From Deltaproteobacteria bacterium (GTDB taxonomy: Bacteria; Desulfobacterota; Desulfobaccia; Desulfobaccales; 0-14-0-80-60-11): a stretch of 49,097 bases of DNA. Position numbers and translations under genes: made by a program. Within the stretch, counting starts at the first letter, position 1; every line of letters starts with the position of its first letter. Positions 1 to 9,924 of the stretch are shown here, piece by piece. Under the pieces are notes generated by a model, which was given only the letters and a program-made list of their open reading frames with translations, did not search any database and was not told the origin of the DNA. Where the stretch lies: the NCBI GenBank assembly GCA_016208235.1, contig JACQYN010000003.1, forward strand, positions 1-49,097. The letters are read 5' to 3'.

Positions 1-4
1 GGAG

Positions 5-910
5 ATGTGGCCCTTAATGGCGGAGGCCCAGCGCCTCCGGGAGCGCCATTTCGGGCGGCAGGTCAGTTTTTGCGTTATTACTAACGCCAAATCCGGGCTT
101 TGTTCCGAAGACTGCGCGTTCTGTTCCCAGGCGGCCACCGCCAGGGGAGAAATTCCCCGCTACCCTTTGACTCCCCAGGAAGAGTTGGTGGCGGCCGCGG
201 CCCGGGCGGCCCAGGCCGGGGCCTCCCGCTTTTCCCTGGTGACTTCCGGCCGGGGTATTATCTCCAGGAAAGAGCAAGAAACTCTGCTACGGACGGTGGC
301 GGCTATTGCGGACGCGGTTCCTATTCAGATCTGCGCCTCCCTGGGGATCGTGGATCTGGGTTTCCTGAAGGAATTAAAGGCCGCGGGGGTATCCCGCTAT
401 CATCACAATCTGGAAACCGCGGCTTCCTTTTTCCCCCAAATTTGCACCACGCACTCTTATGAAGAGCGGGTGGCCACCATCGAGGCGGCCCGGGAAGCGG
501 GGCTTTCCGTGTGCGCCGGGGGTATTCTGGGGTTAGGGGAGAGTGTTGCCCAACGCTGGGAACTGGCCCAGGCCTTGAAGGAAATGCCGGTGGACGCCAC
601 TCCCCTTAATTTCCTGCACCCCTTGCCGGGCACGGCGTTGGCCCAAAGGCCGTTGTTGGCCCCCCTGGAGGCTTTGCAAATCATCGTGGCCTTCCGCCTC
701 CATTTTCCGGATCGGCCCCTCATCATCTGCGGCGGCCGCCAGGCGACTTTGCGCTCCCTGGCCCCCTTGATATTCGCCGCGGGGGCCAACTGCCTGATGA
801 CCGGAGACTACCTGACCACCAAGGGCCGCTTGCCTGAGGAAGACCGGCAGATGCTGGCCGACCTGGGCCTGGAGCTGGTGCAGGAGGGGACAGGAAGCAG
901 TGAGCAGTGA
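5..910 (+). CDS. bioB: Biotin synthase (radical SAM), probably 5'-truncated by the window edge
   Basis: CSEDCAFC radical SAM motif, YHHNLET, GDYLTT; first gene of the bio cluster. Confidence 0.95.
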   Translation: MWPLMAEAQRLRERHFGRQVSFCVITNAKSGLCSEDCAFCSQAATARGEIPRYPLTPQEELVAAAARAAQAGASRFSLVTSGRGIISRKEQETLLRTVAAIADAVPIQICASLGIVDLGFLKELKAAGVSRYHHNLETAASFFPQICTTHSYEERVATIEAAREAGLSVCAGGILGLGESVAQRWELAQALKEMPVDATPLNFLHPLPGTALAQRPLLAPLEALQIIVAFRLHFPDRPLIICGGRQATLRSLAPLIFAAGANCLMTGDYLTTKGRLPEEDRQMLADLGLELVQEGTGSSEQ

Positions 911-998
911 GCAGTGGCCAGTAGCCAGTGGCCAGTGGTCAGTGAAAAAACAGCGAGTCAAGATGTTATTAACTTTGAATCTTGAACTTTGAACTTTT
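898..998. repeat. Heptamer tandem repeats (cagtgag/cagtggc, then ttgaact)
   Basis: cagtgagcagtgagcagtggccagtagccagtggccagtggtcagtg and ttgaatcttgaactttgaac read directly; overlaps the bioB 3' end. Confidence 0.75.
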
Positions 999-1048
999 TT
1001 GGGCAGTCATTCATGGCCCATAGCCCAGCCATAAATTATGAAAAGGTG

Positions 1049-1108
1049 GTAGGGCGGGCGTCTCGCCCGCCTCGGTAATCCGCACAGGCTGGAAAGCCTG
1101 TGCTACCA
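1049..1108. repeat. GTAG-type REP palindrome doublet
   Basis: gtagggcgggcgtctcgcccgcc ... cacaggctggaaagcctgtgctac; related copies at about 1896, 4958, 9865 and 23630. Confidence 0.7.
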
Positions 1109-1128
1109 CTTAAAACTTTTCGAAGCAG

Positions 1129-1872
1129 ATGAACCCGAAACTACCTGATATCCCTGTAGTCAGGGGCATTTTCGTCACCGGCACGGATACCAATGTGGGC
1201 AAGACCCAGGTGGCGGCCGGGCTCACTGCGGCCTTAAGGCAGCGGGGGCTTAAGGCCGGGTATTTCAAGCCCGTCCAGAGCGGCTGCCCGGAAGAGAATG
1301 GGCGGCTGATTCCCACCGATGCTTTGCTGGCCCGGGATCTGGCGGAACTGCCGGACCCCCTGGAGCTGCTCACCCCCATCGCCTTGCGGCTCCCCCTGGC
1401 CCCGGGAGTGGCCGCGGCCCGGGAAGGGATCAAGGTGGACCTGGAAAAAGTGGCCGCATCTTTCCGAGACCTGGCCTCCCGCTACGACTTCCTGGTGGTG
1501 GAAGGCGCCGGCGGCCTTTATGTGCCCCTGGTGGATACTAAATTTTTAGTCTTGGACCTGGCCCGCTGGCTTAAGCTCCCCCTCCTGGTGGTGGCCCGAG
1601 CGGGCTTGGGGACCATCAACCATACGGCCCTCACCGTCCTGGCGGCGCGCCAGGCCGGGTTGCCGGTGGCCGGGGTGGTCCTGAACCGCTGCTCCGCCAC
1701 CCCGGGATTGGCCGAGCAGACCAACCCCGGGGTGATTGAGGCCATTACCGGGGTTCCCATTCTGGGGAAGGTGCCGGAAATTGCCAACCTGGACGAACCA
1801 GAGGGAAGAAAGAATTTTTTAAGCGCAATCATCGAAGTCTGCGCCCAGACAGCTATTTTTAGAACCCTATAA
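1129..1872 (+). CDS. bioD: Dethiobiotin synthase
   Basis: VTGTDTNVGKT P-loop, KPVQSG, VEGAGG, LGTINH. Confidence 0.96.
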   Translation: MNPKLPDIPVVRGIFVTGTDTNVGKTQVAAGLTAALRQRGLKAGYFKPVQSGCPEENGRLIPTDALLARDLAELPDPLELLTPIALRLPLAPGVAAAREGIKVDLEKVAASFRDLASRYDFLVVEGAGGLYVPLVDTKFLVLDLARWLKLPLLVVARAGLGTINHTALTVLAARQAGLPVAGVVLNRCSATPGLAEQTNPGVIEAITGVPILGKVPEIANLDEPEGRKNFLSAIIEVCAQTAIFRTL

Positions 1873-1961
1873 GGGGTTGGGGGGGGCAGGGACCCGTAGG
1901 GCGGGCGTCCCCGCCCGCCTCTGGTCCTCTCCAAATCCTAATTCCAATTTTTGCTGAACCC

Positions 1962-3137
1962 ATGTTCCCGGAACTTGCCCAAGAATTAGCGGCTTTAGAG
2001 GCCCAAGCCCTGCGGCGCCGCCTCCAGGTGGTGGAGGAGGTGTTGCCCGGCGGTAAGGTGCGGGTGGCGGGGCAGGTGCTGCTGAACCTGTCTTCCAACG
2101 ATTACCTGGGCCTGGCCCAGGACCCCCGGCTCATTGCCGCGGCCCAGGCCGCCGCGGCCCGCTGGGGGGTGGGGTCCGGAGCCTCCCGGCTGGTGGTGGG
2201 CCACCTGGGTCTGCATGAGGCCGTGGAAGCGGACCTGGCCGCGTTCAAAGGCACGGAGGCCGCGGTCATCTTCAGCACCGGTTATATGGCCAACGTCGGC
2301 GTGATCGCCGCGCTCATGGGGCCGGGGGATATCATCTTCAGCGACCGGCTCAACCATGCCAGCATCATGGACGGCATCAAGCTTTCCGGCGCGGCCCTGC
2401 AGCGCTTTCCCCACCGGGACCTGAACCGGCTGGAGAAGATCTTTAAACAAGCTCCGGCAGGTAAAAGACGCCTGCTCATCACCGATTCCGTCTTTTCCGT
2501 GGACGGAGACCTGGCTCCTTTAAAGGAACTGGTGGAACTGAAGGAACGTCACGGCGCCTGGCTGATGATCGACGAGGCCCATGCCACCGGCGTCTTGGGG
2601 CCCGGGGGTGCGGGTCTGGCCCAGGCCCTGGGCCTGACCGGAGCAGTGGACATCCACATGGGCACCTTCTCCAAGGCCCTGGGTTCCCTGGGGGGGTATG
2701 TGGCCGGGGCGCGGCGGCTCATTGACTATTTGCACAACCGGGCCCGCTCCTTCATCTATTCCACAGCCCTGCCGCCGCCGGTTTTGGGCGCCATCCAGGC
2801 AGCTCTGCAGATTGTCCAGGAAGAACCGGAGCGGCGCCTCAATTTATTGGAGAACGCGGCTAAGTTCCGCCGGGGCTTGCAGGCCGCGGGCTTCGACACC
2901 CTGGGGAGCGAGACCCAAATTATCCCCGTGCTGGTGGGGAAAAACGAGCCCACCCTCAAATTCGCCGCGGCTCTCAGGCAGCGGGGCTTGATGGCCGTGG
3001 CTCTGCGGCCCCCCACGGTGCCTCCGGGGAAGGCCCGGGTCCGCTTTTCCCTGTCCGCGGCCCACCGGGAAGAAGACCTGTCCCGGGCATTGGAGACCAT
3101 CGTGGAGACGGGCCGGGACCTGGGGCTGGCCCGATGA
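1962..3137 (+). CDS. bioF: 8-amino-7-oxononanoate synthase
   Basis: SSNDYLGL, DRLNHAS, DEAH, GTFSKALG PLP lysine, RPPTVP. Confidence 0.96.
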   Translation: MFPELAQELAALEAQALRRRLQVVEEVLPGGKVRVAGQVLLNLSSNDYLGLAQDPRLIAAAQAAAARWGVGSGASRLVVGHLGLHEAVEADLAAFKGTEAAVIFSTGYMANVGVIAALMGPGDIIFSDRLNHASIMDGIKLSGAALQRFPHRDLNRLEKIFKQAPAGKRRLLITDSVFSVDGDLAPLKELVELKERHGAWLMIDEAHATGVLGPGGAGLAQALGLTGAVDIHMGTFSKALGSLGGYVAGARRLIDYLHNRARSFIYSTALPPPVLGAIQAALQIVQEEPERRLNLLENAAKFRRGLQAAGFDTLGSETQIIPVLVGKNEPTLKFAAALRQRGLMAVALRPPTVPPGKARVRFSLSAAHREEDLSRALETIVETGRDLGLAR

Positions 3138-3883
3138 AGACTCTGATCCTGCTGCACGGTTGGGGCGCGGACGGCTCGTTCTGGGAAAAGCAGGTTCTGG
3201 CCTTCCGAGGGCAGATCAAGGTGGAAACCCCCACCATCCCGGCCTGGGACCCGGCCTGGTTAAAGGCTTATCTGCAGAATTTTTCCTTGGTGGATTGCCT
3301 CCTGGTGGGCTGGTCCCTGGGGGGGATGATGCTTCTCGAGGTGTTGGCCCGGCAACCCGCCACCGTGGGCGGCCTGATCCTGGTGGGAGTAGCCCCGGTC
3401 TTTTGCCGGCGGTCTGATTACCCCTGGGGACAGCCCCCGGTCGCGGTCCGGGCCATGCGCCGGGCCTTGCAGAGCAACCCCCGGAAGGTGGTGCAAGATT
3501 TTGCCGGGAGTTGTTTAAGTCCGAGTGAGGGGACTTTTCAGGAAGAGGTTACTTCTTTATTCTCCACCGGCAACAGCGCCAATCTGGCTGCCGGCCTGGA
3601 TTATTTATTGAGCCAGGACCTGCGGCCCTTGCTCCCAAACCTGGCAACACCATGCACCATCATTCAGGGGGACGAGGACCGCATCGTGCCGCCGGGGCAG
3701 GCCCGGTTTCTCCATGAACACCTATCCGGCTCTAAATTGCACCTCGTGCCAGCCGCGGGCCACCTCCCTTTCTGGACCCAGGACGGGAGGTTTAATGGGA
3801 TTTTGGAGGAGATTGTGGGCGGAGGGCAACAAGCCCCTAATTTAAAAAATTTTTGTCATTCTGAACGGAGCGAAGCGGAGTGA
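3134..3883 (+). CDS. bioH: Pimeloyl-ACP methyl ester esterase (alpha/beta hydrolase)
   Basis: LHGWG, GWSLGG nucleophile elbow, AGHLPF; lies between bioF and bioC. Confidence 0.85.
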   Translation: MKTLILLHGWGADGSFWEKQVLAFRGQIKVETPTIPAWDPAWLKAYLQNFSLVDCLLVGWSLGGMMLLEVLARQPATVGGLILVGVAPVFCRRSDYPWGQPPVAVRAMRRALQSNPRKVVQDFAGSCLSPSEGTFQEEVTSLFSTGNSANLAAGLDYLLSQDLRPLLPNLATPCTIIQGDEDRIVPPGQARFLHEHLSGSKLHLVPAAGHLPFWTQDGRFNGILEEIVGGGQQAPNLKNFCHSERSEAE

Positions 3884-3947
3884 AGCGGAGTGAAGAATCT
3901 CTATTTTCCAATGAAATTAGAGATTCTTCGCTGCGCTCAGAATGACA
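3854..3947. repeat. TGTCATTCTGA...TCAGAATGACA palindromic element (family B, copy 1)
   Basis: Inverted repeat read directly; overlaps the bioH C-terminus; copies at 17111 and 45986. Confidence 0.9.
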
Positions 3948-3970
3948 ATAGAGCCTTATGTTAGCGCCTA

Positions 3971-4016
3971 TGGGGGTGAGGAGGGGTAAGGGTCCACGGC
4001 CTTAGCCCCCTCCCCC
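3971..4016. repeat. G/C-tract palindrome (family E: ggggagggg...ggccccctcccc)
   Basis: Similar elements at about 12061, 29015, 37472 and 38902. Confidence 0.65.
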
Positions 4017-4033
4017 AAATCACAATACCAAAC

Positions 4034-4825
4034 ATGGATATTAAGCAAAGCATACGGCGGAATTTCGCACGGCGGGCCGGGTCTTATGACCGGCATGCGG
4101 AGGTGCAGCGTCTCATGGCCCGGGGGTTGATGGAGCGGGTGCAGGAAGAATTGCCCCGGGCCCGGCGCCTTCTGGAGATCGGCTGCGGTACCGGGTACCT
4201 CACCGATTTGCTGCGGCGGCACAATCCCCAAGCGGAGGTGGTGGCCCTGGACCTGGACGCGGCCCTGATCGAGCAGGCCCGCCGTCGTCTGGGGCCGGAT
4301 CCCAAAGTCTCCTGGCTGGTGGCGGACGGCGAATCTTTCAGCCGGGGCTGCTTCGACCTCATCATTTCCAACGCCACCTTTCAGTGGTTCACCCATCCCC
4401 GGGAAACTTTAAGGGCCCATTTCCAGGCCCTGGGGCCGGGAGGTTGTCTGGCTTTTTCCACCCTGGGCCCCCAGACCTTCAGGGAGCTGGATGCTTCCTG
4501 GCGGCAGGCGGCGGCCGCGCTGCGCCTGCAAGAAGTGGCCGAGATACCGGCCCGGGGGTTCTTGACTCTCCAGGATTGGGAAAAACTCTTAGACCTGGCG
4601 GGGTTTTCCCAGGTGCAGTTGGCGCAGCAAATACTCGAGGCCCATTTCCCCTCGGTGCCGGATTTTCTCCAGGCCCTTAAAGCCACAGGGGCTACGAACC
4701 CCCGGCCCCGGGCCTTTTCTCCCCGCCTCTTCGCAGCCCTGATCCAGTCCTATGAGGCCCGGTTCCGGCAAAACGGCAGCATCCCGGTCACCTACGAGGT
4801 CATCTGGGCTCTGGCCCGGAAGTAG
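4034..4825 (+). CDS. bioC: Malonyl-ACP O-methyltransferase
   Basis: LEIGCGTG SAM motif, N-terminal FARRAGSYD, ISNATFQW, C-terminal TYEV. Confidence 0.92.
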   Translation: MDIKQSIRRNFARRAGSYDRHAEVQRLMARGLMERVQEELPRARRLLEIGCGTGYLTDLLRRHNPQAEVVALDLDAALIEQARRRLGPDPKVSWLVADGESFSRGCFDLIISNATFQWFTHPRETLRAHFQALGPGGCLAFSTLGPQTFRELDASWRQAAAALRLQEVAEIPARGFLTLQDWEKLLDLAGFSQVQLAQQILEAHFPSVPDFLQALKATGATNPRPRAFSPRLFAALIQSYEARFRQNGSIPVTYEVIWALARK

Positions 4826-4875
4826 GAGCGAATCTGTATTCGCCCAAATTAGCAGGCGAGCACAAGGTTCCCCCG
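4822..4875. repeat. Degenerate GTAG REP doublet (RAYT2 type)
   Basis: gtaggagcgaatctgtattcgccc...ggcgagcacaaggttccccc; its GTAG supplies the bioC stop. Confidence 0.7.
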
Positions 4876-5183
4876 ACATTTCAATGCCTTTTTGAGGCCC
4901 CTCAGTATTTGAGGCGGCCAGAGACGGCCGCTCCACCAAGAAAATCCACCATTTTATGGTGGGGCGGGCCTCCGTGCCCGCCATCATTAAATTTTCCTGG
5001 TTCGTTGTGACCTTTGGGCCAGATGGTTCGCTCAATTTTCTGCGTCCCGCCGGGCGTTTTTTATTGGCAAAATCTGGAAATATGTTAATTATAAAAGGTT
5101 TTACACTATAGACTGCTTATATTTTTTTGCAGTTCAACCAGCTTAAAGAAACTCAATTTTTAACCGAAGACCTAAGACCGAAA

Positions 5184-7061
5184 ATGTCCGAATTACTTAC
5201 AGGCCAGCCAGGAGAGCGTCGGTTATTCTTGGGAAACGAAGCCATCGTCCGGGGCGCGTTGGAGGCCGGCGTCGCCCTGGTCACCACCTACCCCGGGACC
5301 CCGGCTTCGGAAATCGGCGACCGCTGTTACGAAATCTCCCGGCAGTCGGACCTCTATTTCGAATACTCCGTCAATGAAAAGGTGGCCCTGGAAGTGGCCG
5401 CGGGGGCCGCGGCCTCCGGTTGGCGGTCGCTCTGCTCCATGAAGCACGTGGGCCTCAACGTGGCTGCGGACACCCTCATGACCCTGGCCTACGTGGGCGT
5501 CAAGGCCGGGATGGTCATCGTCAGCGCCGACGACCCTTCCCTATTCTCCAGCCAGAATGAGCAGGACAACCGCTTTTACGCCAAAATGGCGGGGTTGCCC
5601 ATGCTGGAGCCGGCCTCCCCCCAGGAGGCCAAGGAGATGGCCCGGGCCGCGTTCGCCCTCTCTGAGGAGCTGCAACTGCCCGTGCTGCTTCGCACCACCA
5701 CCCGCGTCAACCATACCCGGGGCGCGGTCACCCTGGGAGAACTGGCCCCCCATCCTGGCCCCGGCTTCTTCTCCAAGGAGCCTTTCCAGAAGGTGATGGT
5801 TCCGGCGGTGGCCCGCCAGGCCCATGCCCGGCTGCTGGAGGCCCAGGCCCGGGCCGCGGCCCTGAGCGAGACCTCTGCGTTTAATAAGATTTGCGGTAAA
5901 GGTACCTGGGGCATCGCCACCAGCGGCGTGAGCAGCAATTACGTGGAAGACGCGGTGGCCGAACTGGGGCTGCAAGACCGGGTCCAGGTCCTCAAACTGG
6001 GTTTCACCCATCCCCTGCCGGTGAACCTCATCCTCAAATTTCTCGCGCCCCTAGAAAGGGTGCTGGTGGTGGAGGAACTGGAGCCTTACCTGGAGGAGGG
6101 CCTGCGGGCCATCGCCCAGGCCCAGGGCCTGACCCTGCCCGTCCAGGGGAAAGGCCAGGCCTTGTTCTCCCGTCTTTACGAATATCACCCGGCCCTGGTG
6201 CGCCGGGTCACGGCCCGCTATTTCGCCTTGACCGACAAGGCCGCGGAGCCTCTGGAACCGGCCCAGATCCTGGGGCAACCCCTCCCGGACCGGCCCCCCA
6301 ACCTCTGCCCGGGATGCCCCCACCGGGCCATGTATTATTCCGTGAAAATAGCCCTCAAGGACTTAGGCGTAGAAGGGGTCTTCCCCACAGACATCGGCTG
6401 CTATACCCTGGGGCTGCTGCCGCCACTAAGCATGGCCGATTTTCTCATCTGCATGGGCTCTTCCATCAACACCGCCGCGGGCATCTCCAAAGCCACGGAT
6501 CAGAAGGTAGTGGCCTTTATCGGCGATTCCACTTTTTTCCATTCCGGGCTTCCCGGTTTGGTCAACGCGGTGCACCAGGGCCATGACTTCCTCCTGGTCA
6601 TTCTGGACAACGGCACCACGGCCATGACCGGCCACCAGCCGCACCCCGGGGTTACCCTCACCCCTCCCGGGTACCCCTGCGAACACGTTCCCCTCAAGCG
6701 GGTGGTCCAGGCTCTGGGCGTGGAAAAACTCTGGGTGGTCAACCCCTTTAAATACCAGGAGGCCTTGGCGGCCACCAAAGAGGCGGTAAACGCCACCGGG
6801 GTACGGGTGCTCATTGCCGAGGCCCCCTGTCCTCTCCACGTGCATCGGCTCCAAGGACGCAAAAGCAGAGCCCGGTTCCGCGTCACCGATAAATGCCAGG
6901 ACTGCCGACACTGCCTGGACTACTTCGGCTGCCCGGCCATGCAACTGAGCGACAAGCTGGAAGGGGGCCGCATGCTCATCGACACCGACCTCTGCTCCGG
7001 CTGCGCCTTCTGCGTCCAATGGTGCGAGGCGATTCGGCCGGTTAAGGCGAGGGGGAAATAA
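5184..7061 (+). CDS. iorA: Indolepyruvate:ferredoxin oxidoreductase alpha subunit
   Basis: LGNEAIVRGA, YPGTP, MKHVGLNVAAD, CPGCPH, GDSTFFHSG, C-terminal 2x4Fe-4S cysteines; ATG at 5184 preferred. Confidence 0.95.
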   Translation: MSELLTGQPGERRLFLGNEAIVRGALEAGVALVTTYPGTPASEIGDRCYEISRQSDLYFEYSVNEKVALEVAAGAAASGWRSLCSMKHVGLNVAADTLMTLAYVGVKAGMVIVSADDPSLFSSQNEQDNRFYAKMAGLPMLEPASPQEAKEMARAAFALSEELQLPVLLRTTTRVNHTRGAVTLGELAPHPGPGFFSKEPFQKVMVPAVARQAHARLLEAQARAAALSETSAFNKICGKGTWGIATSGVSSNYVEDAVAELGLQDRVQVLKLGFTHPLPVNLILKFLAPLERVLVVEELEPYLEEGLRAIAQAQGLTLPVQGKGQALFSRLYEYHPALVRRVTARYFALTDKAAEPLEPAQILGQPLPDRPPNLCPGCPHRAMYYSVKIALKDLGVEGVFPTDIGCYTLGLLPPLSMADFLICMGSSINTAAGISKATDQKVVAFIGDSTFFHSGLPGLVNAVHQGHDFLLVILDNGTTAMTGHQPHPGVTLTPPGYPCEHVPLKRVVQALGVEKLWVVNPFKYQEALAATKEAVNATGVRVLIAEAPCPLHVHRLQGRKSRARFRVTDKCQDCRHCLDYFGCPAMQLSDKLEGGRMLIDTDLCSGCAFCVQWCEAIRPVKARGK

Positions 7062-7144
7062 TGTGGGGGGGAAAAGAGCTTGCTCCCCGCATCTGGGCAA
7101 AAATAATTTAAACCCTGCAAATTAAATAACTGTTGGCCATTAAC

Positions 7145-7819
7145 ATGACCTTATCATTTACCGAAAACCGAAAACCAAAAACCGAAAACCCCAAGATCAA
7201 GCTCCGCATCTTCCTCACCGGCGTGGGCGGCCAAGGCACCCTCCTGGCCAGCCGGGTGTTGGGGGAGGCGGCCCTGGAGGCCGGGTTTTCGCCCCTGGTG
7301 AGCGAAACTCACGGCATGGCCCAGCGCGGCGGCATCGTGGTCTCCACCGTGGTCCTGGGGGAGGTGAAAAGCCCCATCATTTCCCCGGGGGAAGCGGACG
7401 TGCTCCTGGGGTTTGAAGCCCTGGAGACCTTTCGGGCCCTGGACCGCTGCCACGCCCGCAGCCTGGTGATCGCCAACACCGCGGCCATTCCGCCCTATCC
7501 GGTGGCCACCGGCCAGGCCCAGTATCCCCCCGTGTCGCACCTGCTGCAACTCATGGGGGAGCACGTGGGCGGGCTCTTGGCCTTTGATGCCGGCGACAGG
7601 GCGCGGCAGGCCGGCAGCGCCCTGGCGGTGAACATGGTCCTCCTGGGGGCCCTGGCCGCCACCGCTTGCCTCCCCTTTAGTCAGGAGGACCTGCTCCACA
7701 TCCTCCGCACCCGGACCAACCCCAAATTTCTGGAGGCCAACCTAAACGCCTTCCAAGCAGGAGTGGACGCGGCCCAGGATTCTCAGAATTGGGTACGCCG
7801 CCCGGCATCCTGGCATTGA
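7145..7819 (+). CDS. iorB: Indolepyruvate:ferredoxin oxidoreductase beta subunit
   Basis: GVGGQG, SETHGMAQRGG, NMVLLGA; follows iorA; start uncertain. Confidence 0.93.
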   Translation: MTLSFTENRKPKTENPKIKLRIFLTGVGGQGTLLASRVLGEAALEAGFSPLVSETHGMAQRGGIVVSTVVLGEVKSPIISPGEADVLLGFEALETFRALDRCHARSLVIANTAAIPPYPVATGQAQYPPVSHLLQLMGEHVGGLLAFDAGDRARQAGSALAVNMVLLGALAATACLPFSQEDLLHILRTRTNPKFLEANLNAFQAGVDAAQDSQNWVRRPASWH

Positions 7820-7882
7820 CGCACACCTGAACCATAGTTATTTTCTGAGGGAGGGGTTTGTATTTCTTTTGCAGGCGGGGCC

Positions 7883-8326
7883 ATGACGACTGCTCCCGGT
7901 GGATCGAGGAAGGCTAAATACCGGCAACTGCCCCACACCGCGGACCTGGGCCTGCGTATCTGGGGGGCCACCAGGGAAGAACTCTTTGAAAACGCCGGAG
8001 CCGCGTTAGCAGCCGTCCTCACGGACCGCCGGCGCTTGCGGCTGCAAAAAACCGAGAAAATTATGGTGGAAGCCCCCGATCTGGAAGCCCTCCTGGTTGC
8101 GTGGCTGAATCACCTGCTTTATCTTTATGACGTGGACGCCTTTTTGGGACGGGAATATCAGATATTGGCATTGACCCCCCAGCGCCTGTCAGCCCAGGCC
8201 CGGGGGGAAACTTATGATCCTGAGCGGCACGTGGCCCGGACCGCGGTCAAGGCCGCCACGTATCACCATTTGGAAATTGTTAACTTAAATGGTGGCTGGC
8301 AGGCTACCGTGATTCTGGATTTGTGA
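7883..8326 (+). CDS. Archease
   Basis: HTADLG N-terminal motif and VKAATYH...ILDL C-terminus; directly upstream of rtcB. Confidence 0.93.
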   Translation: MTTAPGGSRKAKYRQLPHTADLGLRIWGATREELFENAGAALAAVLTDRRRLRLQKTEKIMVEAPDLEALLVAWLNHLLYLYDVDAFLGREYQILALTPQRLSAQARGETYDPERHVARTAVKAATYHHLEIVNLNGGWQATVILDL

Positions 8327-8412
8327 GAGGGTTTATCAGTGGCCAGCTCAGATATAGGGCGGCCCGTGGCCGCCGTTGTGCTGATCACTGACCACTGACC
8401 ACTATCTTTAAC

Positions 8413-9861
8413 ATGGCCCCACAAGTCAAGCTGCGGCAGGTGGATGAGTATCGCTGGGAGATCCCCCGGGAGGGGAAGATGCGCACCCGGGGTTTGATCT
8501 TCGCCTCCCAGAAGATGATCTCCAAGATCCAGGAGGATCAGAGCCTGCAGCAGGTGGCCAACGTGGCCACCTTGCCGGGCATTGAAGGCGCTTCCCTGGC
8601 CATGCCCGACATCCATTGGGGTTACGGGTTTCCCATCGGCGGGGTGGCGGCCTTTAATTTAGAAGAAGGGGTGGTTTCCCCCGGCGGCGTGGGCTACGAC
8701 ATCAACTGCGGTGTGCGCCTGCTCCGGACCAATTTACAGCGGCCGGAGGTGGAGCCCAGCATCGAGGAGCTGGTCAACACCCTGTTCAGAAACATCCCCT
8801 CGGGCCTGGGCTCCCGGCGCAAGGATTTAAAGCTCTCGGTTCCCACCTTGCATGAGGTAATGCGCTATGGAGCCGCCTGGGCGGTAAAAAACGGCTATGG
8901 GGATAAGGATGATCTGGCGCATATTGAGGCCCAGGGCCAGATTTCCGGGGCCGACCCGGAGTTGGTGTCCGATTTTGCCAAGGACCGGGGCAAGGATCAG
9001 TTAGGCACCCTGGGCTCCGGCAACCACTTCGTGGAAGTGGGTTATGTCCTGGACCTCTATGATGATGATCTGGCCTACAAGCTGGGGCTGTTTCGGGACC
9101 AGATCACCGTCATTGTCCATACCGGCTCCCGGGGTTTGGGGCACCAGGTGTGCGACGATTATATCAAGGTGATGCTCAAAGCTGCCCAGAAATACGGTAT
9201 TGAACTGCCGGACCGCCAGCTTTGTTGCGCGCCTTTAAGTTCGCCGGAGGGCAAGCAATACCTGGCAGCCATGGCCGCGGCGGCCAATTTCGCGTTCGCC
9301 AACCGGCAGATGATCACCCATTGGGTCCGGGAGAGCTGCCAGCAGGTCCTGCAGATGGGCCCCAAGGACCTGGGCCTGGAGCTGGTTTACGACGTGGCCC
9401 ACAACATCGCCAAGATCGAAGAGCACCGGGTGAACGGCAAGACCAAAAAACTCTGCGTGCACCGCAAGGGCGCAACCCGGGCCTTCCCTCCGGGCCATCC
9501 GGAGACGCCCGCGGCCTACCAAAAGACCGGCCAGCCGGTGCTTATCCCCGGGGATATGGGGCGCTATTCCTTTGTGTTGGTGGGCACGGAGCAGGCTCTC
9601 ACCGAGACCTTCGGCAGCACCTGCCACGGCGCGGGCCGGGAGATGTCCCGGCATGCGGCCATGAAGGTGGCCAAGGGCCGGAACATCGTCCGGGAGTTGG
9701 CGGCTCAAGGCATCGTGGTTCGGGGCGCGGGCCGGGGCACCATTGATGAGGAGATCTCCGAGGCCTACAAAGACGTGGAAGAGGTAGTGGAAGTGGCCCA
9801 CGGCGCGGGCATCAGCAAGAAGGTGGCGAAGTTGAAGCCGTTGGGGGTCATTAAAGGATAA
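8413..9861 (+). CDS. rtcB: RNA-splicing ligase RtcB
   Basis: MPDIHWGYGFPIGGV, DINCG, GSGNHF, HTGSRG, HRKGATRA, STCHGAGR. Confidence 0.97.
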   Translation: MAPQVKLRQVDEYRWEIPREGKMRTRGLIFASQKMISKIQEDQSLQQVANVATLPGIEGASLAMPDIHWGYGFPIGGVAAFNLEEGVVSPGGVGYDINCGVRLLRTNLQRPEVEPSIEELVNTLFRNIPSGLGSRRKDLKLSVPTLHEVMRYGAAWAVKNGYGDKDDLAHIEAQGQISGADPELVSDFAKDRGKDQLGTLGSGNHFVEVGYVLDLYDDDLAYKLGLFRDQITVIVHTGSRGLGHQVCDDYIKVMLKAAQKYGIELPDRQLCCAPLSSPEGKQYLAAMAAAANFAFANRQMITHWVRESCQQVLQMGPKDLGLELVYDVAHNIAKIEEHRVNGKTKKLCVHRKGATRAFPPGHPETPAAYQKTGQPVLIPGDMGRYSFVLVGTEQALTETFGSTCHGAGREMSRHAAMKVAKGRNIVRELAAQGIVVRGAGRGTIDEEISEAYKDVEEVVEVAHGAGISKKVAKLKPLGVIKG

Positions 9862-9924
9862 TGAAGGGCGGGCACCGCCCGCTGAAAAATGGTGGGCAGA
9901 GCGCACCCCCCGACTAATAAAATC

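Noticed and set aside
5127..5183. TTG-start extension of iorA
   Set aside because: AT-rich and not homologous-looking; ATG at 5184 fits the family N-terminus better
8413..9861. Intein in RtcB (also considered for NrdJ)
   Set aside because: Lengths are ordinary and no intein splice motifs or insertions are visible
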